From NCBI GenBank assembly GCA_003427395.1, contig BFEA01000021.1, positions 677,560 to 726,087 of the forward strand: 48,528 nucleotides of DNA, in the 5' to 3' direction. Below, piece by piece: positions 1-12,326 of this stretch; positions within the stretch are counted from its first letter, which is position 1, and every line of letters begins with the position of its first letter. The notes below the pieces were generated by a model. It ran no database searches and was not told the origin of the DNA. It saw only the letters and a program-made list of their open reading frames with translations. Source of the stretch: Chara braunii (taxonomy: Eukaryota; Plantae; Charophyceae). The translations under genes and the position numbers were made by a program.

Positions 1-80
1 AAAAAAAAAAAAAAAAAAAAAAAAAGAGCACCATAAATCTTAACGAAATATTACGTATTACCAGTTCCCAAATACCCCCA

Positions 81-550
81 TTCACTAACGGATCCCATTA
101 GCGGCCCCCTTAGTGCAGCGGCCGTCACGTTTAAGGGTACGGAAATGCAAATAACGGATGGGATCCTCGTCAGTGCACTAACGGATCCCGTTAGCGGGCG
201 CCTTAGTGGACTGGCGGATCCTCGTCAGTGCACTAACGGATCCCGTTAGCGGCCGCCGTAGTGGACTGACGGATCCTCGTCAGTGCACTAACGGATCCCG
301 TTAGCTGCCGCCTTAGTGGACTGACGGATCCTCGTCAGTGCACGTCAGTGCACTAACGGATCCCGTTAGAAACCAGCTCCACACCGTTACATTACGAAAT
401 ATTTTGCGAAATATTGGCAATCAAAATAGGGGAATTTCAAATCGTCAGTGCGCTAACGGATCCATTACGAAATATTGGAAATCAAAATAGGGGAATTTCA
501 AATCGTCAGTGCGCTAACGGATCCCGTTAGAAATCCCTCCACACCGTTAG
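81..550. repeat. 55-bp minisatellite with internal hairpin, plus degenerate flanking copies
   Basis: GGATCCTCGTCAGTGCAC recurs at 161, 216, 271 and 326 (period 55). Units contain the hairpin CTAACGG-ATC-CCGTTAG. Partial copies extend to ~550. Confidence 0.85.
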
Positions 551-3088
551 GTGACAAAATATTAATATCGGCAAAATCCAGACGAGGAGGTCAAAGATCA
601 AATGATAGAGAAGACGACAATCATGCAATACGAAAAATACGGCGAAGGAATATTGATACTTTGCCAGCTTTTGTATTAACAAAGAGAAAAAGAAAAAAAA
701 GGTAATACATTAACACAAAATGCGCTACAAAAAAGTTGAAAAACCTTACTTCGATCGCAAGATATTCCGATTATTAATTTCTTATAGAGTTGAAAAATCG
801 CCATGAGAGTGACGACAACTGCTCAGAAAAGTAAGAACTTTAAGGGGAAGATATCGAAACGATTATTAATTTCTTATAGAATAAAAACGAGTCTCGTCCC
901 AAAGCATCGAATCCCCAACATAGCAATCTTTTTTTTTTCGTTTGTATCAAAACAATCAATGATCATTTGTCGTCGTTGAATACCCAAATCGCCGATTTTG
1001 TCAAAATGAATGCGGCAGAGAGCGGCAGAGTGTGCGGCAGAGGCTCGCCAGCACTTCCTGAAGGCCACGGCTCTTGCCGGGGTCCAGTAAAGAGAGTCAG
1101 GAAAAGATCAGGAGGGGCGGAAAAGGGGGGGTGGCGGGAGGGGGGGGGGGATCAAAACCACTATTAATTTTGAAAAAAAGAAGAAAAAGAAAACGAGTTT
1201 CGATAGCCGACGTACATTACGTCGCTCGACGTCCAGGAACGAAGATCGCCCTGAAAGAGAGACGACAGCTCTTTTTTACGGAAGGGGAACAAAAAAAAAA
1301 AAAAAGAGAGTTGTAATACTAATAATCGAGTTTCCGTTGCGGGCTAGAGACCACCCAAAACATTAATTCGAGGGGAAAAAATAAAACAAAATCGGGCCTA
1401 CTAAGTCCCACTGCCAGGGGGCTTAGTCTTCCTTTCGAATATTTCGACACGTGGCAACACTGCAGCCGTGAGATTTTCAGATCGGATTTGCAGGAACTGG
1501 TCTGCAATGAAAACCTAGTCTAAACCCCTGCTAATGGAACTTAGCCCCACGACCATTGACTACGAAGATGACTCTCGGAAGACCTGAAGAGTCTGTGAAG
1601 ACAACTGCTCAGGTAAAAAAGAAGGGAAAGAAAAGAAAAAAAGAAAAAAAAAAAGTTCGACCTGACGACGAGATTCCCCTTGAAGTTCTCCTTTCCGGTC
1701 ACTGCCAGCCATTCTCTGGAAAGAAAGGAAAAGGAGGGAGGGAGGGGGAGGGGNNNNNNNNNNNNNNNNNNNNNNNNNNNNNNNNNNNNNNNNNNNNNNN
1801 NNNNNNNNNNNNNNNNNNNNNNNNNNNNNNNNNNNNNNNNNNNNNNNNNNNNNNNNNNNNNNNNNNNNNNNNNNNNNNNNNNNNNNNNNNNNNNNNNNNN
1901 NNNNNNNNNNNNNNNNNNNNNNNNNNNNNNNNNNNNNNNNNNNNNNNNNNNNNNNNNNNNNNNNNNNNNNNNNNNNNNNNNNNNNNNNNNNNNNNNNNNN
2001 NNNNNNNNNNNNNNNNNNNNNNNNNNNNNNNNNNNNNNNNNNNNNNNNNNNNNNNNNNNNNNNNNNNNNNNGGGGGGGGGGGGGGGGGGGGGGGGGGGAG
2101 GGGGAGGGGGAAGGGGGAGGGGGAAGGGGGACGGGGAGGGGGAGGGAGGGAAGTTCGACCTGATGACGAGATTCCCCTTCTCTCCTTTTCCGTCAGACAT
2201 TCTGTGAAAAGAAAAAAGGCGAAAAAAAAAGAAAAGAAAAAAAAAACACTCATTTGCAGCCCTCGGACCCTAGATTACGACGATTTAGTATTTACGATGA
2301 TGACCCCCCGAATGACTGAAGACGATTTAGTATTTACGACGATGAACCCCCGAAAGACTGAAGACATCTGCTCAGACAAAGATGGGAAAAACAAAAAAGA
2401 AAGTTTCAAAAAGTTTGACTTGATAACGAGATTCCGCTTCTCTCCTTGTCCGTACGCAATACTCTGAAGAAAAAAAAAAAAAAACGTTCATTTGCGTGTG
2501 GACGCTCGTCTTTCTCCTTCCACCCTACACACAGTTCACCGCAAACGTTTCTTTGCTTCCATTTGATCAAATCTCTCAGAGAGGAAATAACATCAATCGA
2601 AGAAGCTGATGAGAATGTAAGCGCATCTTTGCTTCAACTTTCGAAAAAAAAAAAAAAAAAAAAAAAAAAAGAGATGAGAATATTATTAATCAATTTCGAA
2701 AGAAAACAACATCTGGTGAGAAAACATAATGATTTCGGATTGCTGACGTTCTGAACAATTTACAAGGGACCAGATTTTGGAAGACAGAAAAAAAGGGACT
2801 AGAGGGAGAACTCAGGGCATACTCCCACTTTCCTGTGTATATATGAGTCAATAATATGACTCCAACTACGGCCAGAGCTGGATGAATCTGACCGCAATCA
2901 CGCCCACAGCTTAGTAGAAAAAGTCCTACTGTGAGTATGCTGTCATTCGGTCTTTCGGGACATCCGCCAAGCTATACAGCGAAGATTTGCATATTGTAAG
3001 AGAAAGAGGCGAAAAAGAGCAGAAAGCCAGAATTTAAAGCTGGGTAAAACACAATCAATGAAAATTACATCCCCTGGATCAAATTCAG

Positions 3089-3089
<1 letters not shown>

Positions 3090-3129
<40 letters not shown>

Positions 3130-3144
3130 GTCGGCCCTTCGGCA

Positions 3145-3193
<49 letters not shown>

Positions 3194-3527
3194 NNNNNNN
3201 NNNNNNNNNNNNNNNNNNNNNNNNNNNNNNNNNNNNNNNNNNNNNNNNNNNNNNNNNNNNNNNNNNNNNNNNNNNNNNNNNNNNNNNNNNNNNNNNNNNN
3301 NNNNNNNNNNNNNNNNNNNNNNNNNNNNNNNNNNNNNNNNNNNNNNNNNNNNNNNNNNNNNNNNNNNNNNNNNNNNNNNNNNNNNNNNNNNNNNNNNNNN
3401 NNNNNNNNNNNNNNNNNNNNNNNNNNNNNNNNNNNNNNNNNNNNNNNNNNNNNNNNNNNNNNNNNNNNNNNNNNNNNNNNNNNNNNNNNNNNNTGAAAAT
3501 TACATCCCCTGGATCAAATTCAGAACA

Positions 3528-3564
<37 letters not shown>

Positions 3565-3579
3565 GTCGGCCCTTCGGCA

Positions 3580-3649
<70 letters not shown>

Positions 3650-3655
3650 GTCGGC

Positions 3656-3709
<54 letters not shown>

Positions 3710-3725
3710 TGTGTGTGTGTGTGTG
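3090..3725. repeat. (CA)n/(CT)n/(GT)n compound microsatellite spanning a gap
   Basis: Dinucleotide tracts separated by CTGGTCGGCCCTTC spacers. 3059-3193 is repeated after the gap at 3494-3650, possibly a scaffold overlap. Confidence 0.9.
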
Positions 3726-5003
3726 CAAGGGGAGAGAGGTTGGCAGCAACAGACAACACCTACCCCACCGGCAGAAACAAGCGTTGCTCGTGGTGCGTTG
3801 CAAATTTGCAATTGCAAGCTCAACGGCCGTTCGGCACGTTGGCACGAGCTCGATAGTTGGACTGGGCCCCCTCCTCTTCCAGCGCCCACGGTGAAATCCT
3901 TCGCTGACTACGGTATCTTCGACTAGCCTTCTGAGCCCCTCTCCGCTCGCTGTACCTCTGCTTCTCCCTCTATGCTTTCGTCGACGAGACGTTAAATTCG
4001 ATGAAAACTTGAAAATAATCCTGCGTTTTTTCTTTCATTGGAAATGCTAATGTCATGGTGCTCAGATGCAAAGGATGTCAAAGCACCGCGCCGCACGGAT
4101 CACCCATGCATAAAGTCCCGACTGTATCTTCACGTAGAAGGTGGACATGAACATCCACCAATCTTTTGTCTTAGTTGTATGACGACGATGAAAGCGGATT
4201 GGATTGAACACCTGAATCTAGACTTGTTTGCGGAAAGGTGCAGAAAATCGAATTTGAACTCCTTTTCTGCATCTCTGCCTAAAAACACGCCCAGATTCAG
4301 GATCTTGATCCAATCCCCGCTCGTGGGACCATGCTCCTGAAACTGAAAACAGCCGAGAGCCCGAGCACTGCTCCCCACGAATTTTGAAAAATCTTCGTAG
4401 AGTCGTCTTCGGCCCTTTTCTTAGGACAAGCCCAACCTTCGGCGGGTGCTATGCTCGTGCTATCAATGCACGAACCTGGTCCGTTGCACGATCAGGTTCG
4501 GTACTTTCCAACCGTTCGCGGACATCGGACGCACATGTTCGCCTGCCCCTCCACGTCAGACTCTAGATTCCGGAATACAATGCGTGATCTCCAACGCTGA
4601 GAGTTTTTTTCTTTTCTTTTCCGTTTTTTAATCACCGTCCGATTCCCCTCCCGAGAACGGCGGATAAGTCCTTCGCGGACATCCAATTGGAACGATACAG
4701 AGAAGATCTCTTTTTTTCTTTTTCTTTTAGGGGCCATGCTAATCTTCTCTGTATCGTTCCAATTGGATGTTTAGCATGGCCTCTGCGCAAAGATGACAGG
4801 CATCAATCGAGAAATGGTCCCAAAAAAAAAAAAAAAAAAAAAAAANGGNCCCAAAAAAAGACAGTGGAGCCCGCCTCTCATGGCAGACAGGGCGTAGTCA
4901 GCCCGACGACTGTGTTTCTGATGTATCTGGGGGCCAGGTCCCACCAGCCCGGATTCATTTCTAACCGTCGATTACGAAGATGGACGGTCACATGTGAATA
5001 ATC

Positions 5004-5212
5004 CCGGGGCCAAGTCCCACTAGCAGCGTTGAGTTTCCTCAACGCCTGAATCTGGACGTGTTTGAGGAGCTTGTGCAGAAATCGCGTTGACTTTCCTCAA
5101 ACGCACATCTCCACAAACACGTCCAGATTCGAGCGTTGAGGAAACTCAACGCTGCTAGTTATTAGCTTTTTCAAAAGAAACTTAACGCTGCTACTAGTGG
5201 GACTTGGCCCCC
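5004..5212. repeat. Long imperfect palindrome (MITE-like foldback)
   Basis: GGGGCCAAGTCCCACTAG...CAGCGTTGAGTTTCCTCAACGC...GAATCTGGACGTGTTTG is mirrored by CAAACACGTCCAGATTC...GCGTTGAGGAAACTCAACGCTG...CTAGTGGGACTTGGCCCC. A related foldback lies at ~4210-4300. Confidence 0.6.
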
Positions 5213-6408
5213 GGGAGGTGGGACCTTGCGGCGGGCCCGTGTCCCACTGCAGCAGCATTACCATGTCCCCCCGAATAGTATGGTCATTCTAGTCTATCTC
5301 TAGATACTGAAAGCTTGACCAGATACAGGCATGACGACAGTACGTTCTATTCGAGGGAAGGAGACTGCAGCTCTGCGTTTCTGCTCTGTCGCCTCTGGGA
5401 ACATTGCAGCCAGGCCGCCAGTCTGTCTGCTGACGCCCCGCGCTTTCCTCGATTTTTTTTTTCTTTTTTTTTTTCTGTCTCGATGCTCTGGCGCCATGGG
5501 ACCGTAGCCGCCATGCCGCCACTGTGACCGCGCTTCTTTTTTGCGTTTTTTTGGTGCCTTCTTTGCTCTGTGACCACCATGCCGCCAGTATGAGCTTTCA
5601 GGCGCGCCCTTTTTCCGTTTCCCTTTGGGCGCCTTGTTTGCTATGGGGGCGCCATGCCGCCAGTGTGGTGATTGTTTACCACTTAGGGCATCGTTCGACA
5701 CACCTCGGGGACGTGATTTCAAGGATTTCGTCTTCGTTCCACCTGTCCTCGGAGCCGATTTTCGAAACCGAAATGTGAAAACACTCCGAGGACAAATCCT
5801 CGGGCTCCGAGGATTTTCCAGCCAGATCGTCCTCGGGCTCCAAGGGACCTCGCGAGGTCCCTCGGAGTCCGAGGATCCGCAATAATCGGGGTGTCGGCGG
5901 CGAGTCCAAAAGGGAAATTGGTGGTCGGAGGTGGTCCAGTGCTGGTCCTCCGTGTTGAAGACGGACATCGCGAGGCGCCAACGTCCAAGACGTCCACGAA
6001 CGGCCTCGTCTTTTTACCGTTGTCGGGGATTGGTGGTACGTCCCTGTCGGTTCGTCGGGCGGCCCCACGGCGGTGCCGTGCCGGGCATCGGACGTTTTCG
6101 GGCGGGTCGTGGAGGTGTCATGGCGTTCCTGCAGGCTGCCCAACGGTCGGAAACACGAATTTCTTTAACCGTCCACCCCCGCGCGGTGGCTGCAGCAATT
6201 TCGTATGTTGTCGTCTTCCCTCGTGCAACGTGTGTCTCTGGGCGCCGCGATCGCGACAGCCAAGTGTGTCCCCTCTCCTTCATGGCTGACATGTGCCGCA
6301 GGCTGCCTTTAATGCGGCTTGCCGTTGTACTGCTGCTTGCCGTTGTCATCTTTCATATCTGCATCCTCGGTCGCGTCCCTGGGAGGAAAGACGAAGGAGA
6401 CCGGGAAG

Positions 6409-8115
6409 ATGGAGAAGGTGCAGACGAAGAGGACGATGTCCGTAGGGGCTGGCGGGTTGTCACGTCAGCGTTGCAGCTCTGCGGAAGGCGGCAGGCGCCC
6501 GTACGACCCGACGCTGTACAGCCATCTGCCGTCCCACGAGATTCCATTGCCTCCGAGTGACGACGACAACGACGAGCCCCGATCATCAACGGTTCCTCTG
6601 GGCAGCGGTTCGACGCAGGATTGGATGGGGAGCCGGTTGTACAGACAGCCCTCGACGCCGACGTACACTGATCTGCTGGAGGGGCGGACCCCGGTTGGTT
6701 ATGACGGAGGGCTCGTAGATCTCAGCTTCGGTTTGAGGTCTGGGAGTGGCCAGGACGTCACGCACACCGTTCTCGTGAACCCGGGTTCTGCCAGCAACCA
6801 CACAGCGCCTTCGGTGGGGCCGTGTGGCCTTTCTGACACCTGCGGTCGGGGTTCTGGTCAGTCGGGCGACGAACGTGGACTCGTTTCGCGAGGGCGGACG
6901 GCAGTGGGCACAGCAGGTGTTCGTGCGGAGGGGACGAGGACAGGTGGATCAACAACGGCAGGCGGCGCAGTCCACCGAGGAGGGGATGGCGCTGACGGCT
7001 ACGCTGCGGAGGTCGCGGGGCAAGAGGTTTGGGATGATTACCGACGACAATCGCGACAATCTAGCACGCCCGCCATAAAGAGAGGGGTGGTGAAGATTAA
7101 TGTACGGGCGGACGACACACCCGGCGATTGCGACGGTGCGGGTGGTGAAGATTTGTCGGCAGGCAACGGGGGAAACGACAACGACGACGACGACGACGGG
7201 GAGATGGAGATTTGTCCGCTGGGGAAGAAACAGGGAGGGCCGAGGGCGACGAGCAAGTCCAGCGAGCTGCGCGCAGGGCGGAGAGGCAAGAAGACTGTGG
7301 GAGATGCATCGGCAGGCGACGGAGCGAAAAGCAGGGATTTTTGGACCGTGGAACACATGATTGCTCTTGACAGAGCTAAAAGAGACCAGGATTTGCATCT
7401 TGCTGGTCTCGGCCACAACATGGGAAGGATGAAGACGAAGACATGGAAGTGGGCCGACATCGAGAGCAGGCTCGTGCAGATGGGGGTGACGACTAGAAAG
7501 GCCGATGACTGCGGGAAAAAAATGGACAACCTGTACATGCAGTTCAAAATTGTGCACAAGTTCATGGGAGAATCGGGGAAGCCTGATTTCTTCTCACTGG
7601 CACCGCGGGAGAGAAAGGAGCGGGGGTTCGATTTTCGGATGGACGAGCGTGTGTATTCGGAGATGATGGCCATGTCCAAGGGCGATCACACTATACACCC
7701 CACGAATCTGGCAGACACGAGTGCGGCGGGAGGTGTTCAACTACCAGGCCGGACTGGAGGTCGGAACGAATCAAGCGGTAGTGACGGATGCGGGGATGGG
7801 CAGGACGACGATCAAGGATCGATGCGGAATTCAAGTTTCAGCGGCGGTGCTGTGGGCGGGTGCGGCAAAAGGAAGAATGTGAGACAACAGACCTTCGACA
7901 CGATTGCGGACGTCATGAAGGACCACGGGAGTCTGATGACGACGACGGTGGACAGCGCGAGCCAGAGGCAGTGCTCAATTCTGACTAGGCAATGCGACAT
8001 TCTCGAGCGAGAGCTAGAAATGCAGAAGGAGCACTACGTGAAGACGGACCAGGCGAACCTGTTGATGTGCGACGCCCTTATGGAGATTGCTAAAGCGATC
8101 CACGAACGATCATGA
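6409..8115 (+). CDS. Harbinger Myb/SANT-like (trihelix-type) DNA-binding protein
   Basis: Uninterrupted ORF (open from 6319, first ATG 6409). Motif FWTVEHMIAL...KWADIESRLVQMGVTTRKADDCGKKMDNLYMQFK and a C-terminal coiled coil, typical of the PIF/Harbinger DNA-binding ORF. Confidence 0.85.
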   Translation: MEKVQTKRTMSVGAGGLSRQRCSSAEGGRRPYDPTLYSHLPSHEIPLPPSDDDNDEPRSSTVPLGSGSTQDWMGSRLYRQPSTPTYTDLLEGRTPVGYDGGLVDLSFGLRSGSGQDVTHTVLVNPGSASNHTAPSVGPCGLSDTCGRGSGQSGDERGLVSRGRTAVGTAGVRAEGTRTGGSTTAGGAVHRGGDGADGYAAEVAGQEVWDDYRRQSRQSSTPAIKRGVVKINVRADDTPGDCDGAGGEDLSAGNGGNDNDDDDDGEMEICPLGKKQGGPRATSKSSELRAGRRGKKTVGDASAGDGAKSRDFWTVEHMIALDRAKRDQDLHLAGLGHNMGRMKTKTWKWADIESRLVQMGVTTRKADDCGKKMDNLYMQFKIVHKFMGESGKPDFFSLAPRERKERGFDFRMDERVYSEMMAMSKGDHTIHPTNLADTSAAGGVQLPGRTGGRNESSGSDGCGDGQDDDQGSMRNSSFSGGAVGGCGKRKNVRQQTFDTIADVMKDHGSLMTTTVDSASQRQCSILTRQCDILERELEMQKEHYVKTDQANLLMCDALMEIAKAIHERS

Positions 8116-9275
8116 AGTCGATGGGCCGCACATGTCCAACGTCCACGTGAATGCCTCATGTGTGCTTCTGGATCGTCGGCGTTGCCCCCGTACTGCATGC
8201 TGCTGTGTGGTGGTGGTGGGCAGGTTGTTTACAGAGGACGGCTCGTTTGTGCATGCGGTTTCCATTGCACGAGTCGACTTTTTTGATTAGTTTGAAGGGT
8301 GTTGATTGCTGTCATGCCCGTCGGCACGTCAGTCGGTCTCAAACTACGACGCCCAATTATTGTTCAGTGCCTGTTGACGTGACGCGTTGCAGCCAAGCGC
8401 GGANTGGGATCCAGCAGCGTTTTCTTCTTTGGGGGTGGGGGCAACGAGCTTGGGNNNNNNNNNNNNNNNNNNNNNNNNNNNNNNNNNNNNNNNNNNNNNN
8501 NNNNNNNNNNNNNNNNNNNNNNNNNNNNNNNNNNNNNNNNNNNNNNNNNNNNNNNNNNNNNNNNNNNNNNNNNNNNNNNNNNNNNNNNNNNNNNNNNNNN
8601 NNNNNNNNNNNNNNNNNNNNNNNNNNNNNNNNNNNNNNNNNNNNNNNNNNNNNNNNNNNNNNNNNNNNNNNNNNNNNNNNNNNNNNNNNNNNNNNNNNNN
8701 NNNNNNNNNNNNNNNNNNNNNNNNNNNNNNNNNNNNNNNNNNNNNNNNNNNNNNNNNNNNNNNNNNNNNNNNNNNNNNNNNNNNNNNNNNNNNNNNNNNN
8801 NNNNNNNNNNNNNNNNNNNNNNNNNNNNNNNNNNNNNNNNNNNNNNNNNNNNNNNNNNNNNNNNNNNNNNNNNNNNNNNNNNNNNNNNNNNNNNNNNNNN
8901 NNNNNNNNNNNNNNNNNNNNNNNNNNNNNNNNNNNNNNNNNNNNNNNNNNNNNNNNNNNNNNNNNNNNNNNNNNNNNNNCAGTACTCCATTGTCCACGTC
9001 TCCGACGGTGTCGTCTGATCACTGATTCCTCGCCGCAAGCCAGCACTTCCCACCCTTTGCGCCTCCACTCTCAAGCTTTGTGCACCACGTGCAATCACAT
9101 GCTCTTTTTTTTGTGGCCATAATCGTCGCGGCTCCTACCCACCACGACTGCGCATCGTCCACATGCTCCTTCGTCGACGTGGCCGTCGTCGATCTCCAAA
9201 CGTCGTACTTCCACGTGCTCCTTCGTCGACGCGCTCCTTCGTCCACGTGTTCATCGTTGCGGAGTTGCGGACGAC

Positions 9276-10859
9276 ATGGCCCCGAGGAACGCATCAGCGA
9301 AGGCCAGGCAAAATAGCGGGGTGGGCGACGAGGGGGAAACCAAGAGAGGCAGAGGGCACATCCCTAAGCTGAAAAGGCAGCGCGTTGAAGAGTCGAGCTC
9401 CGAGCACACTGCAGACTTCCAGCCAGAAGAAGTGGTGATGGTGGACGCGCAAGGTACTTCAGCGGCGCCGCGATTGGGTTTCGGGCGAGATGGGTTGACG
9501 AGGGAACAGGTGTCCGCTGTGAAGCAGAGCATTGTTGTTGGTGCTGCCGGGGCGTCGTAAAGGACCCCGAAGGCGGCAGGGGTTGTCATAACGGAGGTGC
9601 GCATCCCGAGGCAACTTCCCGCGGCGACGGGGCAGGGCCAGCCACTTCCACTGGAACAGATGGGGGCTTGATGGGGGGGGGAAGCACAACCCGCGCAAAA
9701 GGGCGATGCAATGGCGATCGGCACTCGGGCGGCGGCGGCGGATCGCAGTGGTAGAACCGGAGTCGCCGAAGGTGCGGGCGAGGAGAGGGTAGACGACGTC
9801 CGCCACGACGAGGGAAGAAGAGACGGGAAGCGGGAGGGCGACGACGACCGTCCACTTGTGACGAGGTTGAAGGGAGCCGCAAAGGAGGATGGTCTGGAGG
9901 AAAGATCGAAGTTGTGGGTTGATTGCGACTCTTTTTGGGGTCAGGGACCGGGGAAACCCTTGAGGGAGGCGGTTGGGGAGTGCGCGGACTACTTCATCGC
10001 AATCGCCAACGGAGACGCGTGAGCTGAACCGCCTGCGATGCTCATACTGCCGCCGAACGACGTGCCGCACTTCAAGATCGACGACCCTGCGCACCGAGAA
10101 CCGGCTCTGCGCAGAGCGCGCAACATCGAGAAACTGGTGTTGCGCGCCATCCACGGCGCGATCTTCAAATCGTCGTCGTGGTCGGCTGGATTCGCTCGTG
10201 CAGAGTTGTACATCAGTGTCAACATTGCCACAGACGCCGCACGAGCAGTTTGGCAGGGGCAGGAATGATCGAACGTGGTGTCCCCTGCACTCGTGTACCA
10301 CACTCTAGCGCTGAAGATGGACGTGCCTCTGTGGTTCGCGGGGGTGAAGATTGTGGATCGGCCAGAGGACGACAACATGGCGGCGCGGCAGGAGGAGACA
10401 GTTCTTCGCATCGCGGACTGCTGGACAGACGCACTGTGGTGTGGACAATGGGCGGACGACGGGCGCGTGAAACAGGAGAGGTTGTCTAGGCTTGTGGACT
10501 GTCTTTGGGCATTGTTGAGCGCGTGCATGTGGATCATGCGCATGGGTGGTGACGACGACCGTTCGCACTACGAGGCGTGCCTTTACTCGTCCCTGGTTGC
10601 CAAACCGACAATGATAGCGGCGGGGTCGTACATCTTCAACTGGCGGCGACACATCGTCGACAGCGCGAACCTCGTCTTGGATCGTATAGGGAAGGCTCAC
10701 CTCACGCTGGGAGAATACCCGCACTGCATTCCGGAATGGTGTGACTGCGGGTTGGTGTTCGGCCACAACGCGGCCCTGAAGAACGTGGCGAAAGCCGCGA
10801 AACACGGATGGATTGGCAGCGGGCCTGCGGTGGAGGAAGTGGGAGACGAGGACGGTTGA
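9276..10859 (+). pseudogene. Third Harbinger-internal gene of unknown function (~527 codons, 4 in-frame stops)
   Basis: ORF pieces 9276-9560, 9711-10022, 10038-10268 and 10275-10859 are all in one frame. They are split only by TAA 9558, TGA 9669, TGA 10020 and TGA 10266. Basic NLS-like segment KRGRGHIPKLKRQR and a Trp/Cys-rich globular-looking C-terminal half. Confidence 0.75.
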
Positions 10860-12326
10860 CACGTGGGTGCGTCCGTGGCGCAGTGTCAAGGTGCGGTCGA
10901 GGCGACTCGAACGGCGTCTGGTATCGAGTGTCATCATGTATAGGTCAGGTTGCAGTCGTAGTTGTGCATGTGTAGTGAAGGATGCTTTCATTTATTTTGT
11001 GTTATTATTAGGTGATTGGAGCGCACTTGGTACGCTTGCTCCGCCGCATGGTTAATTGGGTCGGCGGACTGCTCCGCCGATATGTGCGTAGACGGCAGGA
11101 CCAGTCGGTGTGTAGTGCGGAACGCTAGAAGTGTCGATAGTCAGACAAAAGGGGGAATCGTCGCCGATGCGATTGATTATATGCAATATGAACTCAGTGA
11201 AATGTGTGTTGCTTTTTCCATGTCTTGTATTTGCATACCAAAAGATTGCGCACGGAGTCATGTCGTCGTTGTCTTCTGTGTGGTTTTATCACATGACGCA
11301 CGCGTGAACGACCATTGGATCGTCGTCCACATCTTCTTGTGTATGAGCCCGTGTGTTTTCCATTCCACCTGTCGCGGCATCGTTGTCATCGTCGTGAACT
11401 TAACAAAGAAAAGAAATAAAAGGATTGTGTCTTCATTGCACGGTTGCATGATGAGCACATCAGTCGCGATATCATCTTTCTTTTCGTTGTCGATGCATGT
11501 CAGTCGTGATTCACAAACGTGATGCACGTCATTCGTCAATGTAAAAAACGAAGTAGAAGAGCTTTTTGGAAAAAAACGGAGACAAGCAGAGACGACATGC
11601 ACAACACACGTTCTGTGCACCATGCACAACACACGTTCNNNNNNNNNNNNNNNNNNNNNNNNNNNNNNNNNNNNNNNNNNNNNNNNNNNNNNNNNNNNNN
11701 NNNNNNNNNNNNNNNNNNNNNNNNNNNNNNNNNNNNNNNNNNNNNNNNNNNNNNNNNNNNNNNNNNNNNNNNNNNNNNNNNNNNNNNNNNNNNNNNNNNN
11801 NNNNNNNNNNNNNNNNNNNNNNNNNNNNNNNNNNNNNNNNNNNNNNNNNNNNNNNNNNNNNNNNNNNNNNNNNNNNNNNNNNNNNNNNNNNNNNNNNNNN
11901 NNNNNNNNNNNNNNNNNNNNNNNNNNNNNNNNNNNNNNNNNNNNNNNNNNNNNNNNNNNNNNNNNNNNNNNNNNNNNNNNNNNNNNNNNNNNNNNNNNNN
12001 NNNNNNNNNNNNNNNNNNNNNNNNNNNNNNNNNNNNNNNNNNNNNNNNNNNNNNNNNNNNNNNNNNNNNNNNNNNNNNNNNNNNNNNNNNNNNNNNNNNN
12101 NNNNNNNNNNNNNNNNNNNNNNNNNNNNNNNNNNNNNNNNNNNNNNNNNNNNNNNNNNNNNNNNNNNNNNNNNAGGACGAGTACTACATCAGCGATCCCG
12201 TCGCACTCCCGCTGCGCGACGGACTGGACCTATACAGCGTCGTCGAATACAAGAACAAACACCTGAAAAGAATCTGACCGCGACGGCATGACTTCAATGG
12301 GACGAACAGGTAGGCGGCAGGGTGGA

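Noticed and set aside
81-370. CRISPR-like array of palindromic repeats
   Set aside because: The intervening sequence is repeated rather than unique spacers, there are no cas genes, and the context is eukaryotic.
1541-3894. Long ORFs in the ORF track (also 8344-9122, 11519-12291, 37835-38370)
   Set aside because: They are open only because of N gaps, homopolymers or dinucleotide microsatellites.
6319-8115. Stand-alone host trihelix transcription factor gene
   Set aside because: It lies inside Harbinger TIRs/TSD, opposite a DDE transposase, so it is the element's DNA-binding ORF.
9459-10991. Long antisense ORFs overlapping element genes (also 6949-7679, 12288-12830, 38849-39361)
   Set aside because: They are shadow ORFs of coding sequence on the opposite strand and have no motifs of their own.
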